In this document: in pieces, positions 10,926 through 23,252 of the stretch
Position numbering within the stretch: position 1 is the first letter of the stretch
Layout: each line of letters starts with the position of its first letter
Assembly (NCBI GenBank): GCA_000004695.1
Contig: CM000151.3
Location: forward strand, 3,616,001 to 3,680,000
DNA: 64,000 nucleotides
Direction: 5' to 3'
Origin: Dictyostelium discoideum
Lineage: Eukaryota
Notes under the pieces: generated by a model
What the model was told of the DNA's origin: nothing
The model's input: only the letters and a program-made list of their open reading frames with translations
Database searches by the model: none
Program-made: the position numbers and the translations under genes

Positions 10926-13900
10926 TCAGTTCATTTTTTGTAATTTGTTTTGTACTTTTCTTTGGAATAAATCTGATTTTCTGTTTTTCACGACCAAGTA
11001 AACAACTGATACAATAACTACAGTGGCAAAAGCAACGGAACCAATAATAATACCAGCGAGTTGAGCACTTGTTAGTTTTGATTTATTTGATGTACAAATT
11101 GAATTATTATCATTATTTGATACTGGTTTACTATCTACTAATACTGAAAAGTCTGGATCAATAATTATTGATTGTTTATAATTTGGTATTGTAATACCAA
11201 TGAATGATTGTGATACTGATGATGTTTGAATTGAGTTCATTTTTGAATCTAATAATTGATTTTCAATTGAAGATACTTTTGAATCGATGATTGCTCTTTT
11301 AATGAATCTACCATAAAGTGAATGGTCATCAATTTGAATTTTAAAGAAGTTTGAATTATCACCATCACTTGTATCTCCAAATTCTTTTAATGAACAAGTA
11401 TCTTTGGAATTTGATGATTCGAATAATGCTGACATTACAAGTTGAAGACTATTTAATTGATTTAAAAATTTATATTCTGTAATTTCAATTGTATATTTAA
11501 TACTTGATGGATTCATTGTTATATTATTATTTGCAAATTGAATGATTGTCGTTTGATTGAACCATTCTAAAGTTACAGTAATATTAGTTGTTAATGTATT
11601 TGTTGATTTTGTATCACCACTTTGAATACTTGTAAAGTATTGACTTTTAATATTATTAATTGGTGTATAAATCCATTTATCAAATGTATATAAATTAACT
11701 TGATTTGAATTAAAATCTAATTCTCTTAATGATACAATTGAAATCAATGATTTGAATAAATAATTTGTACTATTTGATGTTTGATTATTGTTTTCTATAA
11801 TTGGTAATTCAGTTGATGGTTGTGATGTATTTGTTGATGGTTGTGGTATAATTATAACTTGTGAATTACAATCATTACCAATCCAAGGTGGATAACAAAT
11901 ACATCCACTTGATGAACAAAAACCTTGTTTTGATCCACCACATACTGGTTCACCTAAACATGTTTGTGGTTTATTCGTTGGTATTGGTGATGATGTAGGT
12001 ATTGGTGTTTGTGTTGGTGTCTCTGTTGGTGTTTCTGTTGGTGTTTCTGTTGGTGTTTCTGTTGGTGTTAAGGGAATCGTAAAATTATAAACTATAGGAA
12101 TAACAGTGAATTCATTTGATGTGAGTGGATAGTCCGAAACTTTGATAATGAATGGTTTATCAGTTGGTTTAATATTTTTAATAAACATTGCACTCCAATA
12201 AACTTTATTTGGTACTATTATTTGATTAAATCCAGGTTCTCCAAAATATTTTACATATACTTGTTGTTTTGTTGAATTGAAACCTCTACCTGTTATCCAT
12301 AACTCGCTATCACCAGATACAAATTTGCTACAGGTATTAATTTGTATTACTTTGTTTATGGATATATCGCTCATTGAATATATAAAAGATAAACTATTTA
12401 GTGATTCGCTTGAATATCCGCTATAATAACCGCCATTATTAATGAATCCATAAACACTGAAAATAATATCTGAATTGTATCCGAATCCATTTGGTAAATT
12501 GATAGTGCATTTATAGGTTGAAGTTGTTTCATTTATTGAAATAATAGATGATACACATTCAAGTGTTCTTAAATCTGTTGTTTGGATATAAACAATTGGA
12601 TATTGTTTATCTTTTAAACCACTTTCAATATCTACTGCTTCAAAGTTGAATGATAAGTATTGAGTACCATCACTATTTTGTTTTAATATTGGTATGAATG
12701 AAGTTAAAATTGGTGGTGAACTATCGATACCATCATTTTCACCACTACATGTTTTATATACTTTATTTATTGTTGGATCTGATAAATAATTTATAAATAC
12801 ATTTCTAATACCATTAAATCCACTGGATACTGAAAATTCACCTAAATAACCTTGAGTATCATATAATTTAACTTGTGTGATAATATAATTTTGAGATGCA
12901 CATTTACTTGGTAAAGTTATATTAATTTGATAATCACCATTAAATTTATCACCTCTTGTTAAATTTTGAGTTGTTAAATGGAATTTATAAGTTGAACTAT
13001 CCATTTCACCTCTAACTATAATATCAGCATAATCAAAACCATTAATTGGATCATCTATTGTAAATTTCCAACCAAATTCATTTGTTGAATTAACTTTTTC
13101 AATATTACTAAATATTGGTCCATATTCATCGAAATGTTTAGATTCAATAATTAATTGAGAAGATAAAGGTAAGAAATCACTTATTAATGAACTTGAATAA
13201 CCACAAAGTAAAGCAAAACCAAGTGGACCAGGTCTAGTATTTGCAGGAACTGTAAATTTAATTTGATATTTTGAAATTGTTGAATTCCAAATTGAAGTTG
13301 TAATATTATCATAATCTACGACTCCAGTTACTTTAAACTCATGAGATAAAATTAAAAATGAGAAATTAATTGTATCATCTTTAGGTTCTTGAGTACCATT
13401 ATAATTGAAATAAATTATATTATCAACTGATTTATTTGTTACATCAATGTTATTTATTAAATAAGTTACATTACCAATTAAAACTGAAATCATATCAGAA
13501 TATTTAAAATCAAGTTTTAAAAGTGGATCAATTGAATAATATTGAAATGGATTATAAAATTGAGATTGTCTTGAATAAGAATCACCAATATTTAAACTAT
13601 TTAATATACCTTCATGAAAATTTAAAACAGTTTCATATATATTGTTTTCGATATCAGGCATTGAGTCATATCTTAATACTTGATTAACATTATCATTAAT
13701 TTTAATAAAAGTACTGTACCCTTTACTTTGATAAATTGGTTTTATTTTAATCTTAAATAAATAAACTTGATTATATAAATGAGTAGAATTAAATGATTCT
13801 AATTCTAATATTGGTAATGTATTTATATCCACAACTATTATTTATAATAAAATTATTTTAATTAATATAATAATTTTATTAAATAATAATAAAAAATAAA

Positions 13901-15044
13901 AAAAAACAATTACCTTGTTGATTACTAATTTGCGTTAAAGAATGATCTTGATTGAAATAAAGTGAGTTGTAGGGATTTACAGAGATTTCAGATTGTAGAA
14001 ATGATGACTTGAATGAATAATTTGAATTATGACCACTTTCGAAACCAAAAGGCCATTTATAACTATTTGAAAAACTTTCAAACCATCTAATTGAATAATT
14101 GAATAAATCAAATTTTTTAGTTGAATTAAATTTAATTGAAAATATTGATGAAAGTGAAGGTAATGGTGGTGAATAATCAATTTGAAAAGATGGAAATTTT
14201 CTATCAATATTATCTATATATTTAAAAAACAATAATAATAATATTATTAAAATTATTAACAAAAATGATTTTTTAAAATAATAAAAATAAACAATAATAA
14301 AAAAAAATAATAATAATAATAATAAACTTACATGAGACCTTTAAAAATTGATAATAAATTGTAGTTAAGGTGCCATTAATTTGAGCACCAATTGAATAAT
14401 CGGAAGAAACTTGACCAAGGAATGTTGTACCTTTTCCTGGCATTTCATAAGATGCCCATGGATTTAAACCTATATTTTCATTAATAAACAATGGGTCGCT
14501 TAATCCAATTGTTTCATTTAATGTAATAGAATAAATTGGTGGACAAATAAATCCAAATTCTATAACATTTGTTTGATTAGGATAAATTTTAAATGTAATA
14601 TCCTTTTCTTTTACATTTGAATCTGAATTTTTAAAATTATAATTTAATATATTAATTTTTAAAATAATAATAATAATAAAAACAATAATAATAATAACAA
14701 TAATTACTTACTTGAATAAATTAAACTTGGAATTGTATAATTTAATGAATAAGTATTATTTGAACTATCCATGAACCATAGTGATATATTAAAATCTGGT
14801 TTAATAAATCCATTAAATTCGTCACCAATATGATAGACAAATGGCCTTATATTATCAACTTTTACATTATACGGTTTGTCAACTTGTAATTGACCCAATG
14901 GGTATTTTAATCCTGTAATGTACATTATTGTTGAAAATGGGTAAATTGGATGCTTATATTTACCAGTATGATATAAATTTATTTTCATTGATTCTCGTGG
15001 AATATCTATTTAATTTATTTAATTATTTAATTAATTATTTATTT

Positions 15045-15103
<59 letters not shown>

Positions 15104-15521
15104 CTTAAAAAAATAATCAATACAAACATTGACAAGAATAATTAATTATAATACTACTATAAATTGATGTATCATTATCATATTCTGCCGTAATTAATAA
15201 TGAATAATCATTTGGTGATTTAGTATTTACATAAATTGGAAGAACTTGACTTGAAATATTTTTAAATGCTGGTGTTGAAATTGTTGCGTCTGAATCGTTG
15301 GTTTTTATTTTTAATTGAACTCCAGTATCTGAAGTATCGGTTACAAATATTAAGAAAAAAAAATTACAATATTTGTCATTTGTATTTGTTGGATATTTAT
15401 TATATGAGTATTCTTCACTAGAAACATCATAAATTTGAATTGCTGGATTTCCTTCAACCCTAAAAATTTGTAATATTACTATTATTATTAGAATTAATAA
15501 TAGTATTCGTTTTCTGATCAT
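10926..15521 (-). CDS. Paralog 2, complete: 5-exon type-I membrane glycoprotein gene of about 1400 aa. It is the most divergent N-terminus of the three, and its PT-rich stalk is expanded to PTETPTETPTETPTETPTQTP. Exons about 15128..15521, 14712..15005, 14332..14623, 13916..14213 and 10926..13834.
   Basis: Signal peptide MIRKRILLLILIIIVILQIF. Exon junctions: ...caacaag|GTAATTG...aataatag|TTGTGGAT (in frame), ...tctcat|GTAAGT, ...ttcaa|GTAAGT. The start of the 'ORF' 10926..13832 is a GTG artefact of the ORF caller. The 3' 1.1 kb is about 97% identical to paralog 1 (2473-3600). Confidence 0.6.
12013..12066 (-). repeat. 12-bp coding minisatellite (GGTGTTTCTGTT)n, encoding (PTET)n in paralog 2; the paralog-1 equivalent has a single PTPTQTP
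   Basis: Four to five tandem 12-mers, read directly. There is a length difference between paralogs at the homologous position. Confidence 0.8.
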
Positions 15522-15864
15522 TTTTTTTTTTATATTTAATATGAATAAATAAAAAAAGAAGAAAAAAAAAATTCACAACTGCAATTGCAATCAAAAAAAA
15601 AAAAAAAAAAATTTTTCTTCTCAGTTTTTTTTTAAAAAAAAAAACATATCTAAAAATATCTTAATAATTTTTCGATACCGAACAGCCTGGGCCAATCAGA
15701 AAAAAAAAAATTAAAAAAAAAATAAATTTTTATCAACAAAAATCCAAAAACCAAAAAAAACTGATCTGTGTGTTTGAATGTTGGATTGTATTGGATTGGT
15801 GTTACAATCAAAAAAAATGACAAAAAATGATATTAACAAAGAATAAATGAATTATGGTAAATAG

Positions 15865-15867
<3 letters not shown>

Positions 15868-15952
<85 letters not shown>
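15868..15952. repeat. (AAT)n microsatellite of about 28 units, followed at 16021-16067 by an A47 homopolymer
   Basis: Read directly. Confidence 0.9.
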
Positions 15953-15954
<2 letters not shown>

Positions 15955-16018
15955 TGAGTCTTTAATTTGTGAATTTTTATTAGATTTTTGTTATCCCATT
16001 TGAGAATTGAACATCACA

Positions 16019-16069
<51 letters not shown>

Positions 16070-16342
16070 ATTTTATAAATAAACATATATATTAATTTCT
16101 AAAAATAAATAAAAAAAAAGTCAGTGACTAAAAAAAGAGTTGTGTCTTTGGTCATCAAAAAAAAAAAAAAAATTAAAAAATTAAAAAAAAAAAAAATTAA
16201 AAAATAAAAATAAAAATTTTCATGAAAATTTTAAATTTGTGATTTTGAAAAAAAAAAAAAAAAATTAAAAAATTAAAAAATCGCTGTACATATTCAAATT
16301 AAAAAATAAAAATAAACATAATTAATAATATAACAATATAGA

Positions 16343-16510
16343 ATGTTATTAGATAACGACGCATTCCTTTCAGCATTAAACAAATTATATCAAACTACAT
16401 CAAAAAAAGGAACTGTTTGGGTCACAATGAAGAAATGTAAGATATTTTATTATATTTTATTTTATTTTATTTTATTATCAACTTTACATATAATCTAATA
16501 TATACCATAC

Positions 16511-16565
<55 letters not shown>

Positions 16566-16892
16566 ACACACACACACACACACATACATATATATGAATT
16601 ATTCATTATTATAGATGTAGATTCAGATTCAAACTTTTCACGTAAAAAAGCAGAAAGAATTAAAGAATCAGAAGAGGAAGAAAATAAATGTTTAGTTAGA
16701 GCAACAAATGGTAAAAAAAAGATATCAACAATTGTTCTCGCTAAAGATAAATCAATGTTTGAAAAGAATTATAAAAATGTTTTACTTATTAATTTAGATA
16801 ATCTTAAAGTTGAGAAAAAGAAACCTACTCCCACCACAACTCCTAGTTCTTCAACTACTGCAAAAACTGCTGCAAAGAAAACTAAAGTCTAA
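16343..16892 (+). CDS. srp14: Signal recognition particle 14 kDa protein (SRP14); 2 exons, 16343..16436 and 16615..16892
   Basis: MLLDNDAFLSALNKLYQTTSKKGTVWVTMKK(C/Y)... and ...KCLVRATNGKKKISTIVLAKDKSMFEKNYKNVLLINLDNLKVEKKKPT..., against SRP14 motifs FLTELTRLFQK..GSVYITLKK and KCLLRATDGKKKISTVV. Donor aaat|GTAAGA, acceptor ttatag|AT, phase 1. The intron carries a (CA)n tract. Confidence 0.8.
16512..16590. repeat. (CA)n/(GT)n dinucleotide microsatellite of about 35 units inside the srp14 intron
   Basis: Read directly. Confidence 0.9.
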
Positions 16893-17047
16893 ACAAAAAA
16901 AAAAAATAAAAATAAAAAAAGCAAAAAAAAAAAAAAGGAAAATAATAAAACAAAATATATATGCACATAAAATAAATAAATAAAAAAAAAAAAAAAAAAA
17001 AAGGATTGTGGAAAACTTTTTTTTTACCTTTTTAAAATAATATTATT

Positions 17048-17078
<31 letters not shown>

Positions 17079-17102
17079 ATTGTTATTTTTATTTAATTTA
17101 AT

Positions 17103-18222
17103 TTATACAATTCTTTCAAGTTCTTTGGCATAGTGAAGAGTTTGGTGAATCAATTGTAAAGATGGAATTTCAACGGTTTGATTATCATTATTTCCAAATT
17201 GAATTACATCACCTTGAACTTTCCAATTTCTTTCCTTAATGTATTGTTGGAATTGATTGTTATCATTGAATAATAATACTTTTTCTGCATCTTTTAATGA
17301 TAATGTTTTAAATGATTTTTCACTACAATTTGCAATATCCTCCCTGATATATCATTTAATATAATAAATATTAAAATATATTAATAAATTAAAAATAAAT
17401 AATGGATATAATAATAATAAAAATAAAATAAACATACTTTATTGAATCTGCTAAAATATCAAGGAAAACTTGATAATATTCTGATGGTACACCAGATCTT
17501 GATTGAATAATTTTATTATAACTACCCTCTGTAATTGATTTTTCAACCAATAATGGGAATCTTGAAATAAATAAATAAATAAATAAATAGAAAATAAATA
17601 AATAAAATTAATATAATGAAAATAATAATAATAAAATTTTTTGATAATATATATAAAATAAAAAAAAAATACAAACTTAATGAATGAGTTATCTAAATTA
17701 TTAAATTCGATTAATTCAATTTCGCTATGGAATTCTGATGTTTTATGTTTTGCTAATAATCTCATTAAATTCAAACCAATAATTTGATATTCTAATGTTG
17801 ATGGTGCAATAATTGATTTATAATCATAATAGTATGTCTTTAATTGATTAAATGTTCTTTCAAATGAATCAATATCTTTAATTTTAATTGAATATAATGA
17901 AATTAATTCTAAAATCTCTCCTAAAATAGTTTTTTAAAAAAAAAAAAAAAAGATAAAAATATTAATAAATGTATTTTTTTTTTATATATTTTTGTCGTTG
18001 TTGTTGTTGTTGTTGTTGTTGTGTTGTTGTTAACATACTTGCTAAAACTAAATCTTTTTTAACTTTATCAGAAACATTTGAAAGAGAAGTTGGTTTTTCT
18101 AAATGAATTGTTGCTGCTAATTTTAATTGAACTAAAACTGGTGTAATTTGTGCTTTATCTGAATTACCAGCAACAAGCTTTTTAAAGTTATTTAAATTTT
18201 GTTCAATTGAACTAAAATCCAT
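17103..18222 (-). CDS. psmD8: 26S proteasome regulatory (lid) subunit Rpn12 / PSMD8; 4 exons, about 18040..18222, 17672..17924, 17450..17572 and 17103..17346
   Basis: The exons translate to ...[82 protein letters not shown] / [41 protein letters not shown] / [52 protein letters not shown]...[18 protein letters not shown]. This is collinear with human PSMD8 ([84 protein letters not shown]). Confidence 0.8.
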
Positions 18223-18445
18223 TATTAATTATATATATAAAATTATATGTGAACAGAGTGAGATAAAAAAAAGTGTGAAGATGATAAAAAAAAAAAAAAA
18301 AAATTAAAAAAAAAAAAAAAAATTAAAAAATTAAAAAAAAAAAAAAAATTGAAATTAATTGTTGATGATCACCTTGTAAATTAAAAAAAAAAAAAAATAA
18401 AAAAAATAAAAATAAAAAAAATAAAAAATAAAAAAATATAATATT

Positions 18446-18480
<35 letters not shown>

Positions 18481-18593
18481 TGAAAATAATAATGAACATC
18501 GCGATTGAATAAAAAATAAAAATAAATATAAATAATTAAAAAAAAAAAAGAGAGATTTATTGTTTTATATATATATTATAATTTTATTTTAAT

Positions 18594-18872
18594 TTATTTA
18601 TTCTTTTTTGATTTAATCATTACAAGTCCCAAAAATGTACCAATTGCGGTAATACCGACTACTAATAAAACTAAAGGAATAATAATACCATATTCTCTTG
18701 GTAAAAAGTATTGTTGAATCCAATGATCTGAAACAATAAATGGCTATAAATTAAATAATGGGAAATTAGCTTTTTTTTTTTTTTTTTTTTTTTTTCCTAA
18801 ATTTATATAACTTACAGTAATAATAACCCATGTTGTATAATATCCAAATACAAAAATCCTAAATAAAACCAT
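18594..18872 (-). CDS. dpm2: Dolichol-phosphate mannosyltransferase subunit 2 (DPM2), 68 aa; 2 exons, 18816..18872 and 18594..18743
   Basis: MVLFRIFVFGYYTTWVIIT | PFIVSDHWIQQYFLPREYGIIIPLVLLVVGITAIGTFLGLVMIKSKKNK*, against human DPM2 [61 protein letters not shown] donor, ATAG acceptor, phase 0. Confidence 0.75.
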
Positions 18873-18924
18873 AACAAAACCTATAAATTTATCTGAAGCA
18901 CCCTAAAATTGATATTATTATTAA

Positions 18925-18964
<40 letters not shown>

Positions 18965-19147
18965 CTTTTCCAAAATCTAAAACTAAAAAATTTACCATTT
19001 TATCTATATTTTATATTCTATGTGCTAAGCTATATTTTGTTTTTATTTTATTAAATGTACAAATAAGATTATTTAGTCTTAAAATCAACAGGGAAAATGT
19101 ATATGTGAATGAAGACAAATTCGCAAAATTAAAAAAATTTGAAATGC

Positions 19148-19180
<33 letters not shown>

Positions 19181-19652
19181 AAAATTAAAAAAAAAAAAAA
19201 AAAAAAAAAATAAAATAAAAATTTAAAAAAAATATTACAGATGCACAGAAAAAAGGGTTTAATTTTTTCTAAAAATTAAAATAATTGGGTGGGTTATTTT
19301 TGTTAAACAAAAAATTTTTTTTTTTTTTTTTTTTTGAAATGGGATATTGAGGGAAATTTGGGGGATAAAATTAAAGTTTATTATTCTTTTTTTACTAAAA
19401 GTGATAAAATTAATTAATAATAATAAATATAAAATTTTTTTTAACATTTTTTTAATAAAATATATCTTTAATTCTAAAAATAAATTAAAAATTATGGCGG
19501 GGAAAAAAAAAAAAAAAAAACTAAACGTTATAGGCATAAAAAAAAAAAATCATGAAAAAACGCATATTTTTTCGTTTTTTATCATAAAAATTTTTTTTAA
19601 AAAGATTTTTAATTTTTTTTTTTTTTTTCAGTTGAAATTTTCGTATTACAAA

Positions 19653-20524
19653 ATGGGTATGTTCCCTTTATATAAAGATAGAGATAATGATAGTGGATAT
19701 CACCACTATGTCACTTTTTCAATGATCTTTATCAATCTTTCAATAATCATCAATAATTAGTTATAATCTTCATGAAACTAATATAATAAATCATTATTTT
19801 TAAAATAATCACAATCAATAATGAATAGGTGCCTACAAATACTTACAAGAACTCTACAAAAAGAAGCAATCTGATGCTGTCCGTTTCCTCCTCAGAGTCA
19901 GATGTTGGGAATACAGGTAGGTTATTTAATGATAAAGTAGCAAAAGAATAAATAATAATAATGATATTAATTGGATTTAATTATTTTTAAAATATTAGAA
20001 ATCTCCCAGTCTGTCATCGTGCTTCACACCCAACTCGTGTTGACAAAGCCAGACGTTTAGGTTACAAAGCTACTCAAGGTTTTGTTGTATACAGAATCCG
20101 TGTCAGACGTGGTGGTCGTAAGAGACAAGTTCCAGGTGGTCGTACTGGTGGTAAACCAAAGACTCATGGTGTTAACGAATTAAAACCAAGCAGAAACTTA
20201 AGATCCGTTGCTGAAGAACGTGTTGGTCGTCGTTGTCCAAATCTCCGTGTTCTCAACTCATACTGGGTTAACCAAGATTCAACCTACAAATATTATGAAG
20301 TCATCTTAGTTGATAACTCTCACAATGCCATCCGTAACGACCCACGTTACAACTGGATCTGTAAACCAGTCCACAAACATAGAGAATTAAGAGGTTTAAC
20401 CTCCGCTGGTATCAAAGCCCGTGGTCTCCGTAGAAAAGGTACCCACAGAGCCAGCAAAACTAGACCATCAAGACAAGCCAACTACAAACGTAGAAACACC
20501 GTCGTTTTCCACAGATACAGATAA
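19653..20524 (+). CDS. rpl15: 60S ribosomal protein L15e; 3 exons, 19653..19656 (ATGG only), 19829..19916 and 19999..20524
   Basis: M|[30 protein letters not shown]|[47 protein letters not shown]...[20 protein letters not shown]...[16 protein letters not shown]...VVFHRYR*, near-identical to eukaryotic RPL15. The 4-nt first exon has atgg|GTATGT. Codon usage is GC-rich. Confidence 0.85.
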
Positions 20525-20916
20525 ACAAACAAACATTAATATTCATTTTGTTTGTGTCCAAGTATTCTAATAAAATGTTATATTTTCCCCACCCTAAACA
20601 AAAAAAAGTTTTATTATTTAATAATTATAATTGTAATTTTCCAAAAAACACATAACAATAGATATTTTTTAACTTTAACACATAATCAAAGATATTTTTT
20701 TTTTTAATTTGAAATTAATTCATGGAAAAGGTGTTCACCTTCAAAGAACCAAAAATAAAACCCCTTACTTTAATTTAAATTTTTTATTTTTTTTTATTTT
20801 TTATTTTTTTTTATTTTTTTTTTTTAATATCCAATTGATTGTTTTTCTTATTTTTTTTTGTTTTTATAATTTCAGTTTCACTATTATTATTTTTTTTTTA
20901 TTAATTAAATCACATA

Positions 20917-21454
20917 ATGTCATTATTTAAAATTAAAACTATCACTATTGATCATACTGAAAAAAACATCAGAATTTCAAGGTAATATATTTAATTTAAT
21001 GGTTATAGTTTTTATTTATTTAAATATTAATTTTTTTATTTTTTTTTTATTTTTACTTTTTATTTATTTATTTGTTTATTTTTATTTTTTTATTACAGAT
21101 CAGTTACTATTAATGAAAATAGTGATAGATATATTTGTATACCAGATGAAATTAGTAATGAAGAAAGTGTTGAAATTTTAGATAGTGTTGAGAATGGTTC
21201 AACATTATTACACTCTGAGAAACCATCATTTCCAGAAGATTTAAAATATTTTAAAAATAAAAAATTTAAAATTCAAATGGTTGAAGGTAATCATATTGTT
21301 GGTAAATTAATTGAATCAAGTAATGAAACTAAATCAATTACTTTAAATGTTGAATCTTATCATTCTTTTAAAAGTGATAATTCATTACCAAATGGTATGA
21401 TTAAATTAGAACATTCAAAAATTTTATCATACTTTTTATTATCATCTGATAATG

Positions 21455-21553
<99 letters not shown>

Positions 21554-23205
21554 TTAACAATGATGATTTCTATATTAAAAATAATTGTGAAAGAATTACA
21601 AAAATTGAAATTAATAATAATAAGGTTAAAAGAGATATAATTGTAAATTATAATATTCATATTCAAAAACATGGTGCAGAATTTGGTCATTTTATTCACT
21701 TGGTTAAAGGTTTAAAATGTGGTAAACAATTATATTGTAAAGCAAATTTAAAAGATGATTTACCAATTACAATTGTAACAGAATATAAATGGAAACCATT
21801 TATAGATATTGGTTCAAGTGATAATGTACAACTTAGAATTAAAACATTGGCTGAAAAGAAAAAAGTGATTTATAAAATTGATAATTTGAAATGTTATAAT
21901 AATATCACAACTAATATTCAAATTAATAAATTTCAAACAACTGCAAATCGTGCAATATTGGTTTATCCAGGTGGTCCACTCCAAGTATCAATTTACTTTA
22001 AAAATAATTCAAAATTATTTTTAACTAAAACTAGATGTAAATTAATTCAAAATGATTTAATTGAAAATGAAAATGAAAATAAAGAACAAACTGATGATGA
22101 CGATGAAGATGATGACGAAGATGAAGATGAGGATAGTGATGAGGGTGACGATATTGCTTTTAATTCTCCACCATCTGAAATACCACCTAGTATCAGCAGT
22201 GTCAGTAGTAATAGAAATAATAATAATATTAACATTAAAACTAGTGCAAATCCAATAAGAAGAAATGTTAATTCGGGTTTATTCGCTTGCCAATTATTAG
22301 GTATTGTTAAACCAAATTCAATTGGTATTATTTCATTTCTTATTCCAACTGAAAAATTAAAACTTTTTAAAGATATTGGTCATCAAGCATTATTTGAAAC
22401 AAGAGGAAAAGAATCAAATATTAATCAAATTAAAGTATCAAGTGTTTTCACAATATTAGAGACTGAAACATTAAATAAAATTACTTATCAAGTTGCAAAT
22501 ATTAGTCAACATTCAATTAAACTCATTATTTACACTGGTTATGGTATTATTGGTACTGAAACACCATTGAATGAGTACACCAAAGTATTAATAACACCAA
22601 CTATCAATGAAAATAATAACAACAACAACAATAGCAATAGAGTCATTGAAAAGATTGATGAAACTTTATATTTAATTCAAAATTGTGTTGGTTTTTCAAT
22701 TGTAAACTTTGAATTATACAATTCAAAATGTAAACAATTAATGACAAATTCAAGATTACCACAAGATGCATTGAATCTTTTAAATAATAATGGTATTTCA
22801 ATTACATATTCTCCAAATTTATTTAAATGTCATGATTTAACACATTTGGGTAGAAGTGCACAAGATTCATTATTCAAATTTTTAGGTTCAATAACATTGG
22901 AAGATAAAACATCATCATACTTTAATAAACCATATTTACCAGCTCCACTTACAAATTATTTATTTGATCAAACAATTTCATCAAAATCCTCTGGTACTAG
23001 TGTACTCTCAAATATGGTTAGTTGTAATCCTCGTGCTTTAAAATTAGGTTTATTTGATAGTGAAAATCCACAATCACAACAAAATGATAAACATAACAAC
23101 ACCAACATTCCAAGTAGTTCAAAATATAGTAGCAGTTTTATTGAGGGCACTTTTAGTTCAAGAGAAGACAATCATTCAAAAAAGTCTTCACGCATCATAT
23201 CTTAA
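20917..23205 (+). CDS. Hypothetical protein of about 724 aa with a poly-Asn tract, a poly-Asp/Glu tract, and a possible arrestin-C-like beta-sandwich motif. 2 exons, 20917..20981 and 21099..23205.
   Basis: Exon 1 MSLFKIKTITIDHTEKNIRIS, donor caag|GTAATA, acceptor ttattacag|AT. Exon 2 is in frame with ORF 21277..23205. The motif ILVYPGGPLQVSIYFKNNSKLFLTKTRCKLIQ resembles arrestin C-domain strands; this is weak. Low-complexity N33 and DDDDEDDDEDEDEDSDEGDD tracts. Confidence 0.45.
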
Positions 23206-23219
23206 ATGAAAATCAAAAC

Positions 23220-23252
<33 letters not shown>

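Noticed and set aside
13977-14207. ORF 13977..14207 (-) and the hydrophobic start 'MLIILIILLLLFF' of ORF 13879..14262
   Set aside because: The first is an alternative frame overlapping exon 4 of paralog 2. The apparent signal peptide is translation of AT-rich intron 3, and the real signal peptide is in exon 1 at 15521.
15560-16340. Search for tRNA, rRNA or snRNA genes in GC-richer islands (for example 15670-15700, 27451-27480, 30781-30835, 41821-41870)
   Set aside because: None shows the length, cloverleaf pairing or conserved boxes of a tRNA or snRNA. 30783-30830 is only a 7-bp-stem palindrome. They are left unannotated.
19259-19760. ORFs 19259..19537 (-) and 19347..19760 (+)
   Set aside because: These are poly-K/F readings of the A/T-rich rpl15 promoter and 5' UTR. 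The 3' end of 19347..19760 merely runs into rpl15 exon 1 and intron 1.
21360-21699. ORFs 21360..21560, 21442..21699 and 21452..21640 encoding poly-Leu or poly-Ile
   Set aside because: They are alternative-frame or antisense readings of the (AAT)n tract inside the 20917..23205 gene (poly-Asn in the true frame).
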